Below are positions 1 to 12,034 of a stretch of 64,000 bases of DNA, piece after piece. Origin of the DNA: Octopus sinensis. Lineage: Eukaryota. The position numbers were made by a program, and so were the translations under genes. Each line of letters starts with the position of its first letter. Positions within the stretch are counted from its first letter, which is position 1. The DNA lies in NCBI RefSeq assembly GCF_006345805.1, contig NC_043011.1:42482464-42546463 (forward strand), read 5' to 3'. The notes under the pieces were generated by a model, which saw only the letters and a list, made by a program, of their open reading frames with translations, was not told the origin of the DNA and made no database searches.

Positions 1-72
1 TGAAGGACCAGAGACATAGGCACTGCCTTCCCACCTGACTAAAAGATTAAAAAAAAAAATATCAAACATAGG

Positions 73-720
73 CACAGGCATGGCTGTATGTTAAGAAGTT
101 AGCTTTCCAACCACATGGTTCCTGGTTCAGTCCCACTATGTGTCACCTTGGGCAAGTACCTTTTACTAGAGCTGCAGGCTGGCTAAAGCCTTGAGGGTAC
201 TTAATAAAACTAGGCGGCAAGCTGGCAGAAACGTTAGCACGCCGGGCGAAATGCTTAGCAGTATTTTGTCTGCCGCTACGTTCTGAGTTCAAATTCCGCT
301 GAGGTTGACTTTGTCTTTCATCCTTTCGGGGTCGACAAATTAAGTACCAGTTACGCACTGGGGTCGATATAATCGACTTAATCCGTTTGTCTGTCCTTGT
401 TTGTCCTCTCTGTGTTTAGTCCCTTGTGGGTAGTAAAGAAATAGGTACTTAATAGATGGAAACTGAAAGTAGCCCATGATATGTATATATTTATATATAT
501 AAATGTGTGCATGTGTCCACCATTTGACAACTGGTGTAGGCAGGTTTACATCCTAGTAACTTACCAGTTCAACAAAAAAAGGCCAATAGAATAAATACCA
601 TGCTTAAAAAAAGAAAAAAGAAAACAAAAGTCCTGGGAGTGATCCATTCCACTAAAAGTTCTTCAAGGCAGTGCCCCAGCATGGCCACAGTCAAACGACC
701 AGAATAGATAAAAGATAAAA
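73..720 (+). mobile_element. SINE family A (tRNA head + CORE-like domain + internal microsatellite + tail), diverged, interrupted by a family B SINE
   Basis: Box A-like TGGCTGTATGTTAAG, box B-like GGTTCAGTCCC, then TCACCTTGGGCAAGT (MIR/CORE-like), tail CAGCATGGCCACAGTCAAA; matches many other copies in the window. Confidence 0.75.
213..443 (+). mobile_element. SINE family B (tRNA head, Deu/Nin-like core), nested in family A
   Basis: GGCGGCAAGCTGGCAGAAAC...GTTCAAATTCC...CTTTCATCCTTTCGGGGTCGA...TAAAGAAATA; GGTACTTAATA repeated at 196-206 and 444-454 (likely TSD). Domain name is from memory. Confidence 0.85.
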
Positions 721-1204
721 AGATGACATAAAATGTGTGATTGGTGTTAGTCCTCTTCAAACACTGCTGGAATTTAAGGAAGCATGTAATATCAAGTTTC
801 CACAGTGGTGACGAAAATGGGAAATTGTGAAGTTTATGTTATTTCCCAGAAAGTAATATAATATGATGAAATAAAACTATTTCGAGCAAGATTTTTGATC
901 TAACGATTCAAATGAAAAATAGGAAGAAAATTAATTAGAAATTCATTTGATAAGAACAAATGCACATACACACACATATACAAGATATATATATATATAT
1001 ATATATATAAAGTGAACTAAAGCTGAAATAAAGCATCATCTATTATTTATTTTATTTCTCTAATTATAGGGAGGAGAAAAAAAATAAACAGAAAATTTGA
1101 ATTGGGAAATATAAGAGAAACGGGAGGAGTATTGGTTTCTTAGTATTCTTCTTTTTTGCATTCTATACATGTCTGTATGTATGTGGTTATATACATCCAT
1201 GTGT

Positions 1205-1490
1205 GTGCATGTGTGTCTGTTTATCTACCTATCTATCTGCCTGCCTCTCTGTCTATCTATATCTCAATCTAGCCATTTATCTATCTATCTGCCTGTCTAT
1301 CTAACTATCAATCTGTCTATCAATCTGTCTGTCTGTCTATCTGCTTGTCTGTCTATCTATCTAGCTATCTGCCTGCCTCTCTGTCTGTCTGTCTATCTAT
1401 CTATCTAGTTATCTGCTTGTCTCTCTGTCTATCTCTCTATCTATCTGCCTGTCTATCTATCTATATCTCTCTATCTGCCTGTCTCTCTGT
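1205..1490. repeat. (CTAT/CTGT)n tetranucleotide microsatellite
   Basis: Direct reading. Confidence 0.9.
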
Positions 1491-1491
1491 C

Positions 1492-2235
1492 TATGTGGAG
1501 GGGAGGTACGACGACGAACTTGGGGCGAACCTGGGTGTCGACAAGGAATACCTGACCCACCTGTTCAAGACGACTTTTGGGCTGGGACCTATGGAAAACT
1601 TCCAGAGATCCCAGGCCTGGCAGTGCTATCTGTTCAGGATAAGCTCTACAGACAGCTCGAGAAGCACAGGGCTGACCTGCCCGAGATGTGGTCAGAGCGA
1701 CGAAACCGTTCTGCACGCACTCATGCAGTGTCCAACCATTTCCGACCTGTGGGCTTATGTCGAACGATTGCTGTCATGTGTGGGACAAGTTGGTTTATCA
1801 GCCGAGTATATCATCAATATTGTCACGCCTCCTTCCTTCAAACGGGAAGGAAGAGCTATTTTCATCATACTTGTGGCTATGGCGAAAGAATGTATCTGGA
1901 CGCATCTGAAAGGATTAAAGACAAACACTTTCCTATCTGGTCAATCTCTCATCAACTTCTTCAAGTAGTTGAACCCAGAAAACTTTAAAACAGAGTTACT
2001 TACTTGCAAATAAATGTGTTAACATGTGACATTATTGACCGAGGTTACCGTGGTATTTTCCGTAGGCTTTTCTTTCCATGGATAAACCTTATCTGCTTCC
2101 CCCTTTACACTTTACATCATTACATTTCTGTGATACACAATCCCTATTGATCGTTTTTTTTTCCTCCCCAAAAAGAAAAGCTCTACTTTGTAATTTGTCC
2201 CCTCTGTGTTCAGCCCTGTGTGGCTAATAAAGAAA
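1492..2235 (+). mobile_element. 3' fragment of L1/Tx1-clade LINE: ORF2 C-terminal zinc knuckle plus 3' UTR
   Basis: Translation 1492-1968 contains TCPRCGQSDETVLHALMQC (CX2C...ET.HxxxxC, zf-RVT type) and ...LVAMAKECIW; about 270 nt UTR ends in AATAAAGAAAC. Confidence 0.8.
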
Positions 2236-2931
2236 CATATCTATCTATCTATCTATCTGTGAGTGTGTGTGTGTGTCTAAGTGTGCATGTGTATGTGTAT
2301 GTGTGTGTGAGTGAATAAATACCTCGATTAAATGCCATGATTAAATGAATTTAGATGTACTCAGAGATTCATACATGTGCCTAGTTACCACACACACACA
2401 CACACACACTTACATGTATGCCTGTATGTGTGTATATTTATGTACGTATGTATACGAAACAATATTTATGTTGTTTTCCCCCAGATTCTGCGTTGGTTTC
2501 TTGCTTCAATGCAACATTATGTTTTATCAATGGTGGATGGAAAAAAGGTCAACTGTTGGCATAGAGGATAGTGTTTGGGTGTAGCAGACATAGATCTGGG
2601 TAGATTAAGGCGACATTCACTATGTATATAAGTGCATGGGTGCATATGGGCACATACACACATATATATATATATATATATGGATGTGTATGTATATATA
2701 TATATATATATCAAATCATTGCATATATACATATATATATACACAAACCATATGTATATGTGTAGGTAGGCTTATATGTCTCTATAGATAAGTGTACATA
2801 CATATGTATACACATATCTGTGTATGTATGTATATATGTAAACTTACTATTAATAAACAGTCTGGTGCATGTTGTGTACCGTTACTAATAAATGAAAAAA
2901 TGTGTTGTAAAGGTGCGAAATTGAATATTAC

Positions 2932-2946
2932 CATTCTGGCTGATAA
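2932..2946 (-). CDS. Possible 15-nt exon (LSARM in phase 0)
   Basis: Minus strand ccctaactctttgttag|TTATCAGCCAGAATG|gtaata; splice signals only. Confidence 0.2.
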
Positions 2947-3040
2947 CTAACAAAGAGTTAGGGAACCCCTGTGTCTTATACAAATATGCTTTTTATCTGT
3001 CATTTATTTACAATACATTTTTCATTTATTATGTCTATAT

Positions 3041-3731
3041 CATCATCATCATCGTTTAACATCCGCTTTCCATGCTAGCATGGGTTGGACGATTTGAATG
3101 AGGCCTGGTGAACCAGATGGCTGCACCAGGCTCAAATCTTGATTTGGCAGATTTTCTACAGCTGGATGCCCTTCCTAACACCAACCACCCCGAGAATGTA
3201 GTGGGTGCTTTTTACATTCCACTGGCACGGGGGCCAGTCAGGCGGCACTGGCAATGACCTCGCTCGAATCTTTTTACACATTCCACTGGCACAGGTGCCA
3301 ATAAGGCGACGCTGGTAACAATCACGCTTGAATGCTGCCCTTTTATGTGCCACCGGCATGGAAGCCAGTTAGCCGCTCTGGCAACGATCATGCTCAGATG
3401 GTGCTCTTGGTACCCTACTAGCACAGGCACAAGTGCCAGTAAGGCGACACTGGTAACACTCGAATGGTGCCTTTTATGTGCCACTGGCATGGAAGCCGGT
3501 TAGCCGCTCTGTCAATGATCACACTCGTATGATGCTCTTTGCAGCCCGCTAGCACAGATGCCAGTCATTGAATTTGATTTTGATTTTACTTGCCTCAACA
3601 GGTCTTCGCAAGCAGAGTTTAGTGTCTAAAGAAGGAAAAGGTACGCACAAGTGGGCTGGTTACGCTCCTGGCATAGGCCACGGGTTATGGTCTCATTTGA
3701 CTTGCCAGGTCTTCTCAAGCACAGCATATTT

Positions 3732-3735
<4 letters not shown>
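3041..3735 (-). mobile_element. SINE family C (RTE-related, (GAT)n tail) with an internal ~130-bp tandem duplication
   Basis: (CAT)n then GTTTAACATCCGCTTTCCATGCTAGCATGGGTTGGAC; GATGCCCTTCCTAAC motif; 3290-3425 repeated at 3430-3565. Confidence 0.75.
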
Positions 3736-3768
<33 letters not shown>

Positions 3769-3981
3769 TGTGCGAGAGAAAAGGCAGTGTCTTTGAACAT
3801 TGGATAAAATGCCTTGCATTATTAATTCCACGTCTGCAGTAATCAGATGTGTTCAAACAAAGACCTGAATGATTCCTGTCAGGTTTAAAATAACTAATAT
3901 GAGCAATATGTATTGGTGTTACTCCTGTAAAACTATAAAGAGTTGAGGGCCCAGGGATGGAAGCGTGTGTATGTGTGTGCA

Positions 3982-4140
3982 TCATCATCATCATCATTTA
4001 AAGTCTGTTTTCCATGCTGGCATGGACTGGATGGTTTGACTGAAAACTGGTAAGCGGCACCAAGTTCCAATCTGATTTGGATGCCCTTCCTATCACCAAC
4101 AGTGTAGTGGGTGCATTTTACACGCCACTGGCATGGACTC
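3982..4140 (-). mobile_element. SINE family C, diverged fragment
   Basis: (CAT)n tail and GGATGCCCTTCCTA motif as at 3041. Confidence 0.65.
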
Positions 4141-4303
4141 CAGTTATGTAACACCAGAAAGGGACTCTAAAGTGAAACTACTTTTTCAAACATACACACG
4201 TGCTGAAGTTGAGGGAATAAACAAAGAAAAATTCTTTTAAAAGGTTCAGTTGCATATCGAAACGATTTCATCGTCAGTGCTGTAACACGCTTTCCATACA
4301 TAC

Positions 4304-4679
4304 ACAACATGAAGATGGAGAAAACAGGCTTTAATTACAAATTGCAGCATTTGTTTCTGTGCTCTTGTACTAGCTTCTTTAAGTTGCTGAGTTTTCATCC
4401 TCTCTCTGTTAAATTAGATGATTTTCTAAATAGTTATATAAAGAAACATGATTCAACATCAGCTGTGTGCTGGTACTTCACGAAGATTGGTCTTAAGTGC
4501 CTTAAGATTGTACAGGCACACAGCTGTTGCTGAATCATATTTATTTAAATAACTATTTAGAAAATAATCTAATGTAATAGTAAGAGAATCAAAGCTCAAC
4601 AACTTAAAGCTGGTGTCACAGCACAGAAACAAATGTGGAAGCTTGTAATTAAAGCCAGTTCTTTTCATCTTCCTGTTGT
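4304..4679. mobile_element. Foldback/MITE-like element with ~165-bp diverged inverted arms
   Basis: Left arm ACAACATGAAGATGGAGAAAACAGGCTTTAATTACAA matches the reverse complement of the right arm (ACAACAGGAAGATGAAAAGAACTGGCTTTAATTACAA); ORFs 4309+ and 4668- translate to similar peptides. Confidence 0.65.
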
Positions 4680-4904
4680 TTATATATAGACAACAGGAAG
4701 ATGAATCTTTTTTTTAATTATATATCCATTAATCGGTAAGAATCAAAAATTATGAAGGAAGTGATTTTATGATGATACCTTTCCTGATGAAGGGGACATT
4801 GACAACATGGTTTGTAAGATTGTTTATTAATTTTTTTACCAAGACATGAACTCTGGAAACGGCCAGAGAAGGTGGACTTTCTCGAACTCTATTATATACC
4901 TTAT

Positions 4905-5285
4905 GAGGCGCAATGGCCCAGTGGTTAGGGCAGCGGACTCGCGGTCGTAGGATTGCGGTTTCGATTCCTAGACCGGGCGTTGTGAGTGTTTATTGAGTGA
5001 AAACACCTAAAACTCCACGAGGCTCCGGCAGAGGATGGTGGTGATCCCTGCTGTACTCTTTCACCACAACTTTCTCTCACTCTTACTTCCTGTTTCTGTT
5101 GTACCTGTATTTCAAAGGGCCGGCCTTGTCACTCTCTGTGTCATGCTGAATATCCCCGAGAACTACGTTAAGGGTGCACGTGTCTGTGGAGTGCTCAGCC
5201 ACTTACACGTTAATTTCATGAGCAGGCTGTTCCGTTGATCGGATCAACCGGAACCCTCGTCGTCATAACCAACAGAGTGCTTCCC
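4905..5285 (+). mobile_element. SINE family D (tRNA-derived), full length
   Basis: GGCGCAATGGCCCAGTGGTTAGGG (box A), GGTTTCGATTCC (box B); ATACCTTAT TSD at 4896-4904 and 5286-5294; other copies at 13316 and 31375. Confidence 0.85.
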
Positions 5286-6032
5286 ATACCTTATATACCA
5301 TTTATATGTTTTTTTAAAAAAAACATCGAGATCTTTGGGTCTTTTAATTGAAACTCTTAACAGCTCTTAATTTCAGTACAAAAAAATTTTTTATCAGTTC
5401 TCTTTTGCTCACACTTCCTTTCATACATATCCCACATGGGTTTTATTTACATGTATTTTTATGTATATTCGTATTTTATAAATATTAAAAAAAATATTCA
5501 TGTGTCGATTTGTATTAACATATGTGTGCAGATTTTAAGTCAAATTTATAACTGTATGAGTATGATTGCTTAATTTGAGTTTATATCTTAATTCTTATCT
5601 TTTGTCTTGGGTTCGACCCAAGCACTTCTTAAGCAGTCCTATATTTTTAGTAAGAAAGAACAATAATATTATATAATATATATATATATTATATATATAT
5701 ATATATATTAGTAAGTGTATTTACATGCATGAAAACAGATAATATTAAATTAATAGAAACTCACAAGTTTAAGAGTGATAAAATTGTGGGTGAGTGTATG
5801 AATGAATAACCCTCTCCCCAATTTATACATATATATATATATATATGTATATGTGACATATACATATATACATACACATTTTGTTGTGCAATGTACATGT
5901 ATAACAAAATGTATGTATATATTACATTTATACAGCTATATATATATATATATATATATACCAGAGTAAACACATAAATGTGAAACAAGGGGGGAAAAAA
6001 GAGTACTCAAATACCAGTGGTAGAGTAATATG

Positions 6033-6164
6033 CTTTATTTAAAGCAGCAGAAAATTCAACAAAACCTGTTACTCTGAGTTTCACGTTGCAAAAACTATCC
6101 AATGAACGGCAACGTGAAACTCAGAGTAACAGGTTTTGTTGAATTTTCTGCTGCTTTAAATAAA

Positions 6165-6165
<1 letters not shown>
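6033..6165. repeat. Perfect 57-bp inverted repeat (6033-6089 / 6109-6165), Penelope-like terminal fragment
   Basis: Base-by-base reverse complement; 19-nt spacer; overlaps a hammerhead-like motif. Confidence 0.9.
6090..6137 (+). ncRNA. Degenerate minimal type I hammerhead ribozyme motif
   Basis: aaaaactat-CCAATGA-ACG GCAA CGT-GAAA-CTC A GAG-TA-acaggtttt; two core substitutions versus CUGANGA. Confidence 0.55.
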
Positions 6166-6207
<42 letters not shown>

Positions 6208-6369
6208 AACACACACACATATATATATATAGAAACTGTGTGTGTATATATACACTAAAAGCTAAGAAAAGGAAATAGGAAGGTGGATATTACTTGGTAT
6301 AATCCACCTTCACACACACACACAAACACACACATGCAATCTGCATATACATATAGCTAGATGAATATA

Positions 6370-7450
6370 TTGGGTTATCCCATAAATAATGCAGTTTTTT
6401 CAATTGCTTGAAAAGAGGGGGATGGGATAAATTACGTGCATCAATTCACTATAAAAGCAGGTAGTAATTTTACCTCATGCAAATTTTGAAGAATACAGTT
6501 CAATTTTAAGTTTATTTTTTCAAAGCTATAATGGAAGTGACAAAGGAGCGTATTTGGCATATTTTGCTTTATGAGTTCAATAAAGGCAACAATGTAATGT
6601 AAAATGCAAGGAATATTAATGCAGTATATGGGGATTGGACAATAATCGCAAGCCAGTGTCAAGGGTGGCTCCAGAAATGCCGAGCCAGAAACTACAGCCT
6701 GGAATACGAGCCTCATCCTGGAAGGTCTGTAGAGCTTGACGAGGATGTCCTGCAAACCCTGGTGGAACAAAATCCCATCATAACTATTAAGGAACTAGCA
6801 GAGAAGCTGGTATTTGGTCATTCAACCATTCATCGACACCTGTGTGCCATCGGAAAAGTCAGCAAATTGGGTTAATGGGTTCCTCACAAACTTTCCGAGT
6901 CTAATCACATTTGGAAGGTGGATGTGTGTTCTTCTTTGCAGTTACATCTCACAAATGAACCTTTTTTGGACTGAATAGTGACTGGTGATGAGAAATATGT
7001 TCTCTATAAAAATGTCAAGCGCCGAAGACAGAGGGAAGGGAAAGGAGAAACACCAACACCCCAGGTTAAAGAAGGTCTTCACCCACATAAGGTGTTGTTA
7101 TTTGTTTGGTCGGATATGAAAAGTTTAGTCCACTTTGACCTTATGTCCTACTCACCATATTTGCTGGACATTGCCCCATCTGATTATCATTTATTTGCAG
7201 TCTTCAAAATCATTTGGACGGAAAAAATATGAATTGTGTAGACGAGGTCAGAAAGTACTGGAGGAATATTTTTCATCACAGACAAGTGAATTTTGGAAGA
7301 GGGTCCTTGCAAGTCTACCAGATAGATGAAAGAGCATTGTAGAAAATGGAGGAGAGTATATTTTAGATTAAAAACAGAACTTTGCTTATCTTAATTTTGA
7401 AAAATAAAAGTGTAAAAAAAAAAAACACATTATTTACGGGATGACCAGAA
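6370..7450 (+). mobile_element. Mariner transposon, internally deleted
   Basis: TIRs GGTTATCCCATAAATAATG and rc GGTCATCCCGTAAATAATG; TA 5' flank; transposase remnant inside. Confidence 0.9.
6531..7371 (+). pseudogene. Mariner transposase pseudogene
   Basis: MEVTKERIWHILLYEFNKG..., WVPHKL, VTGDEK, YSPYLLDIAPSDYHLF motifs; several stops; deletion between HFDL and YSP removes the second catalytic Asp region. Confidence 0.9.
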
Positions 7451-7554
7451 ACATACCATACAAGCAAGAAGAAAAAAAATAGATGTAGAATGATGATGAT
7501 GTGTAATCTTTTTGTATTCGTGTGTGTGTGTGTATCTCCATTCTGTGTGTTCTT

Positions 7555-7745
7555 CAGCACCATCTCCACCACCTCTATCAGCAGTAAGGCTATATAAACC
7601 TATACTTGTATTATGACACTCTCTCTCTCTCCCTCCCTCAATGTTATATAATCCATTCACAACTGAAGGCGTCTTTATAAACAGAACGTCTGAAGAGGGA
7701 TTCATTTCCTTTCTGTTATTGTAATGAACTGTGCATGTGTGAATG
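7555..7745 (+). repeat. Unclassified interspersed repeat (second copy 10636-10830), possibly Penelope pLTR-derived
   Basis: Shared CTCCCTCAATGTTATATAATCCATTCACAACTGAAG...CTGAAGA.GGATTCATTTCCT. Confidence 0.65.
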
Positions 7746-8170
7746 TGTGTGTATGTCCATACACATATATTTACACACACATATACACACTTCACAGTAT
7801 ACATTTGCAAATTCCATATATTATGTTGATGTGTATATATACCCTGCCCATGTGATGGGGGTGGGCAGGATACAAAATCATTATGATTATGATGATTATA
7901 TGTATTCTTTTCTTCTTCTAAAGGTATCAGTCACAGGGCAGTGGTCAAGCTGGGTTATCAGAGAACCTTGATTATTGGGGACACAAGATGCTGAACAAAA
8001 CTTGTTCATCCATTGATGAAACAAAATACCAAAATGGTAATGATGATGATGAGTGATGGAGGCTGTAAGATACCCCTGGTTGCTCAGCTGCCAAACTTTC
8101 CATCTGCATTCATATATAGACACACACACACACACACACACACACACCACTTATCTAATACATCCTTTTC

Positions 8171-8720
8171 TTTTACTTGTTTCAGTCATTTGACTGCGGC
8201 TATACTGGAGCATTGCCTTTAGTTGAACAAGTGGACTCCTGGACTTAATTCTTTGTAAGCCTAGTACTTATCCTATTAGTCTCTTTTGCCAAACCACTAA
8301 GTTACGGGGACGTAAACACACCAACATTGGTTGCCAAGCAATGGCGAGGGCGGGGGACAAACAGACACACACACACATACACACATATACATATATATAT
8401 ATATAGAGCTGGCAGACACGTTAGTGCACCGGGCGAAATGCTTAGCGGTATTTCGTCTGTCGTTACGTTCTGAGTTCAAATTCCGCCGAGGTCAACTTTG
8501 CCTTTCATCCTTTCGGGGTTGATAAATAAAGTACCAGTTTCGCACTCAATCCCTTCGTCTATCCTTGTTTGTCCCCTCTATGTTTAGCCCCTTCTGGACA
8601 GTAAAGAAATATATATAACTTGAGGCTATAGTAGAAGACACATGCCCAAGGTGCCACACAGTGGGACTGAACCTAGAACCATGTGGTTGGGAAGCAATTA
8701 TCTTACCACACAGCCACTGC
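8171..8720 (-). mobile_element. SINE family A with a family B SINE (8406-8592, +) nested at its microsatellite site
   Basis: Family A tail at 8171, head near 8720; family B in between. Confidence 0.75.
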
Positions 8721-9043
8721 TGCTCCATCTACTCCTCCCATCTCATTTGTCTCTATCATTCATTTACACACTCTCCATCCACTTCCGCTGCCCAAGTAAG
8801 TCAATAGATGATACTGGATCTGTCCAACCTTCTTAATATCTCTGACACTAACCATTCCTCTGATCGTCCTCTCTCCTATTCACTGCACCTTGCTATTGGT
8901 GTAGGGGCTGGTAAAATACCTGCGCATACTTCATCACACTTGACTACTTCTCTCTCATTCTCACCCAAGATGCCCTGTATATGATGGACAGCACCAAATC
9001 TGTTTAAATCCAATATAGTCTATCAGCATCCTTTCAGTGCTGC

Positions 9044-9320
9044 CAGCCATCACTCCCTCTCCTCCAAGCTATTTGTTATACAAGCAAAGTTCAGTCACCC
9101 AACTTTGTTGCCATTTATCCCTTGCTCTCTCCCAGACACTGGTAAGTGTTTGGCAACCATTACTATTTCTCTTCCAGCCATTACTTCCTCTCCCCCATAT
9201 TATTTGCTATAAAAGCAAAAAGAAGATCAGTCACCCAACTTTCTTACCATTTATCTCTCTCTCTCTCTATCTCTCTCTGATATTGGCAAATATGTGGCTG
9301 CCATCACAGTCTCTCTTCTT
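9044..9320. repeat. Diverged ~132-bp tandem duplication
   Basis: CAGCCATYACTYCCTCTCC...TCAGTCACCCAACTTT...CCATTTATC occurs at 9044 and 9176. Confidence 0.65.
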
Positions 9321-9865
9321 TCACTTTATGCCCACCCTGCTCCTCATCAATCACCCCCCCCCCCGTCCACTACCACTCTCACATACCAGTCATTCCAACC
9401 TCAGGCTGACCAAAGCCTTGTGAGTGGATTTGGCAGACAGAAAGTGAAAGAAGCCCATTGTACAAATGTGTGTGTGTGTGTGTGTGTGTTAGTCTGTGTT
9501 GATACTGGGGTTGATTTGACTAAAAATTGTTCAAAGTGGTGCCCCAGCATGGCCATAGTCTAATGACTGAAACACATAAAAGACAAACAGATAGACTGGC
9601 AGTCTGTAAAGTGATTGCTACAAGGAAGTGCATCCAGCTGTAGAAAGCATGCCAAACGTTGTTCAGTGGAAGTGAGATGTAGTCTCTGACCCATTTGGGA
9701 GGCCAGTTACACTGACTTGCACTGAAGAAAAAAACCATTCATGATGATATGGAAAGTAGAAGCACGATGATGATGATGGTGGTGATATCTATATAAGTGT
9801 GTGTGTGTGTACTTGGAACTCTGGAAGGATCAGTGCTAACTTGGAATCAATCCTGACTGGGTTAC

Positions 9866-9979
9866 CTTGATGAGGGTGTCTAATTGACGAAAGACTCCAA
9901 ATAACAAATGACTCAAGGAAACATCACAGGTGATGAGTCCAGATGCATCAAAGGATGATGACCCATGATGGTAAAAAAT
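9866..9979 (-). CDS. Candidate exon D of an unidentified minus-strand gene (114 nt)
   Basis: gaaactaacaattacag|ATTTTTTAC...CTCATCAAG|gtaacc; only frame 0 is open throughout (IFYHHGSSSFDASGLITCDVSLSHLLFGVFRQLDTLIK); direct joining to exon C gives DFLPSWVIIL-stop. Confidence 0.45.
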
Positions 9980-10089
9980 CTGTAATTGTTAGTTTCACAA
10001 AGTCCGTTTCATTTAGCTGGTAACTCTTTTGGAATTGAAGAACAATATTCAGAGAAGTATATTTAAAAGTTACACGTAAAAAAAAGGCT

Positions 10090-10312
10090 ATGAACATATA
10101 TATATACACACACACACACATATATTCACAGACATATACATACATACATACATATACACATATATATATATAATATACATACACAAACATATACATACAC
10201 ATACATACATATACATACACACACGCACATATATATATACAAATATACACACACACATACACACATATATATATACAAATATACACACACACACACATAT
10301 ATATACAAATAT

Positions 10313-10349
<37 letters not shown>

Positions 10350-10500
10350 CATACAACACACACACACACACATATATATATACATAAACACACACACTTG
10401 TATATACATATACACACTTATATATACATATGCACACACATAAATATATACACACATACATATATGCACACATACATATATTTTTTTATTTTTGGTGTGT
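10090..10500. repeat. Compound (CA)/(TA) microsatellite array
   Basis: Direct reading. Confidence 0.9.
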
Positions 10501-10635
10501 ATATGTACATAAATATACACAGCCAAATGCTTTGTGTGTCTATGTGTGTGTTTGTGAATGTGTATGTATTTTTATATCTATACATACAGACATACATATT
10601 CAGAAACATACATGTGATTGGATGAATGTGTATAA

Positions 10636-10830
10636 GGGGCCCACCGTCTCCACCACCTCTGTCAGGAGTAAGGCTATACAAAACTGTACATGTGTATAAC
10701 GAATCTCTCTGCCCGCTCCCTCCCTCAATGTTATATAATCCATTCACAACTGAAGACATCTTTACAAACAGAACATCTGAAGACGGATTCATTTCCTGCT
10801 CTGTTATTGTAATGAACTGTGCATGTGTAC
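10636..10830 (+). repeat. Second copy of the 7555-7745 repeat
   Basis: Alignable by eye over about 190 bp. Confidence 0.65.
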
Positions 10831-11129
10831 ATATGTGTGTGAATGTGTGTGTGTACATATGTGTGTGTGTGTGTGTAGTGTATGCATGCATGCGTGACGT
10901 GCTTTAATGCAGTTTGTATGTATGTCGGTGATGGATATGTTATTGAAAAGACACCTGGTGAGAGTGTGTGTGTATGTGTGTGTGTGTGTGTATGTATGTT
11001 TGCATGCATGTTTGTGAGTGAAGGTGTGTCTGAATGCACGTGTGTGAGTGTGTGCAACTATGTATATGAATTGATGCGTGCATGCGTGTATGTATGCGTG
11101 TGTGTGTGAACGCATGTGTATATATTGTT

Positions 11130-11229
11130 CATTAGTATGTGGGTGTGTGTATGTATATATAGATGTGTGTTTGTGTATATATATATATAGATGTGTGTTG
11201 TGTATATATATATATAGATGGTGTTTGTG

Positions 11230-11266
<37 letters not shown>

Positions 11267-11271
11267 TATAT

Positions 11272-11342
<71 letters not shown>

Positions 11343-11345
11343 GTG
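11130..11345. repeat. (TA)n-rich array
   Basis: Direct reading. Confidence 0.9.
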
Positions 11346-11575
11346 TGTGTATGAATGTGAATGTATGTGAGAGCATCTGTGTGCTTATGCATATGTATGC
11401 ACATGCTCATGTGTATATGTGTGTCTATATATGTGTACATGTCTATACGTATGGGTGTTTTATAGCTTAAAATTCAAAGTCTATCATCAAATTAGTCTTT
11501 CAGCTTTCTGAGACGAAAAACATAAGTTTGTGTGGTGTATGCATGTGGCCTGCATGAGTGTGTGTGTGTGTGTGA

Positions 11576-11608
<33 letters not shown>

Positions 11609-12034
11609 AGTGTGTGTGTGCGAGTGTGTGTGTGTGTGAGTGTGTGTGGCCTGTGTGTACCGTGTTTGGTTGTGTGCCGAGACATGGATATGGAATGTGT
11701 AGAAAGTATTTGAGGGTTCTTCCAACCTTTTGTCTCAGACATGATGCTGTGGCTGTGCTGGAGCAACACCTACAATTGGTCTTTTACTTGGCCCAGTAGT
11801 TACTTTTATGTCAGGGACTTATTCTATCAGGGATATAAACAAACCAACACCAGTTGTCGTGCAGTGGGGAGGAACACAGAGGCACACAAATTTCATCTAT
11901 GAAATCCATCCACCATCGGTGAGCCCTAAGTTATAGTAAAAGACATTTGCCCAAGGTGCGACGTAGTGTGCCATTGAAGCCGAAACAATGGCCTTACAAA
12001 ACACACTTCCTCACCACACAGCCATGCCTGTGTG

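Noticed and set aside
2484-2546. Plus-strand exon candidate ILRWFLASMQHYVLSMVDGKK
   Set aside because: Good acceptor but weak donor (gtcaac) and no in-phase partner I can support
4907-4980. tRNA gene-like sequence (also heads at 213, 31375, 57330)
   Set aside because: No complete cloverleaf or terminator; continues into SINE bodies present in multiple copies
9600-9780. Minus-strand acceptor at 9722 with a 31-nt exon
   Set aside because: Lies in a decayed family C SINE and is out of phase with exon D
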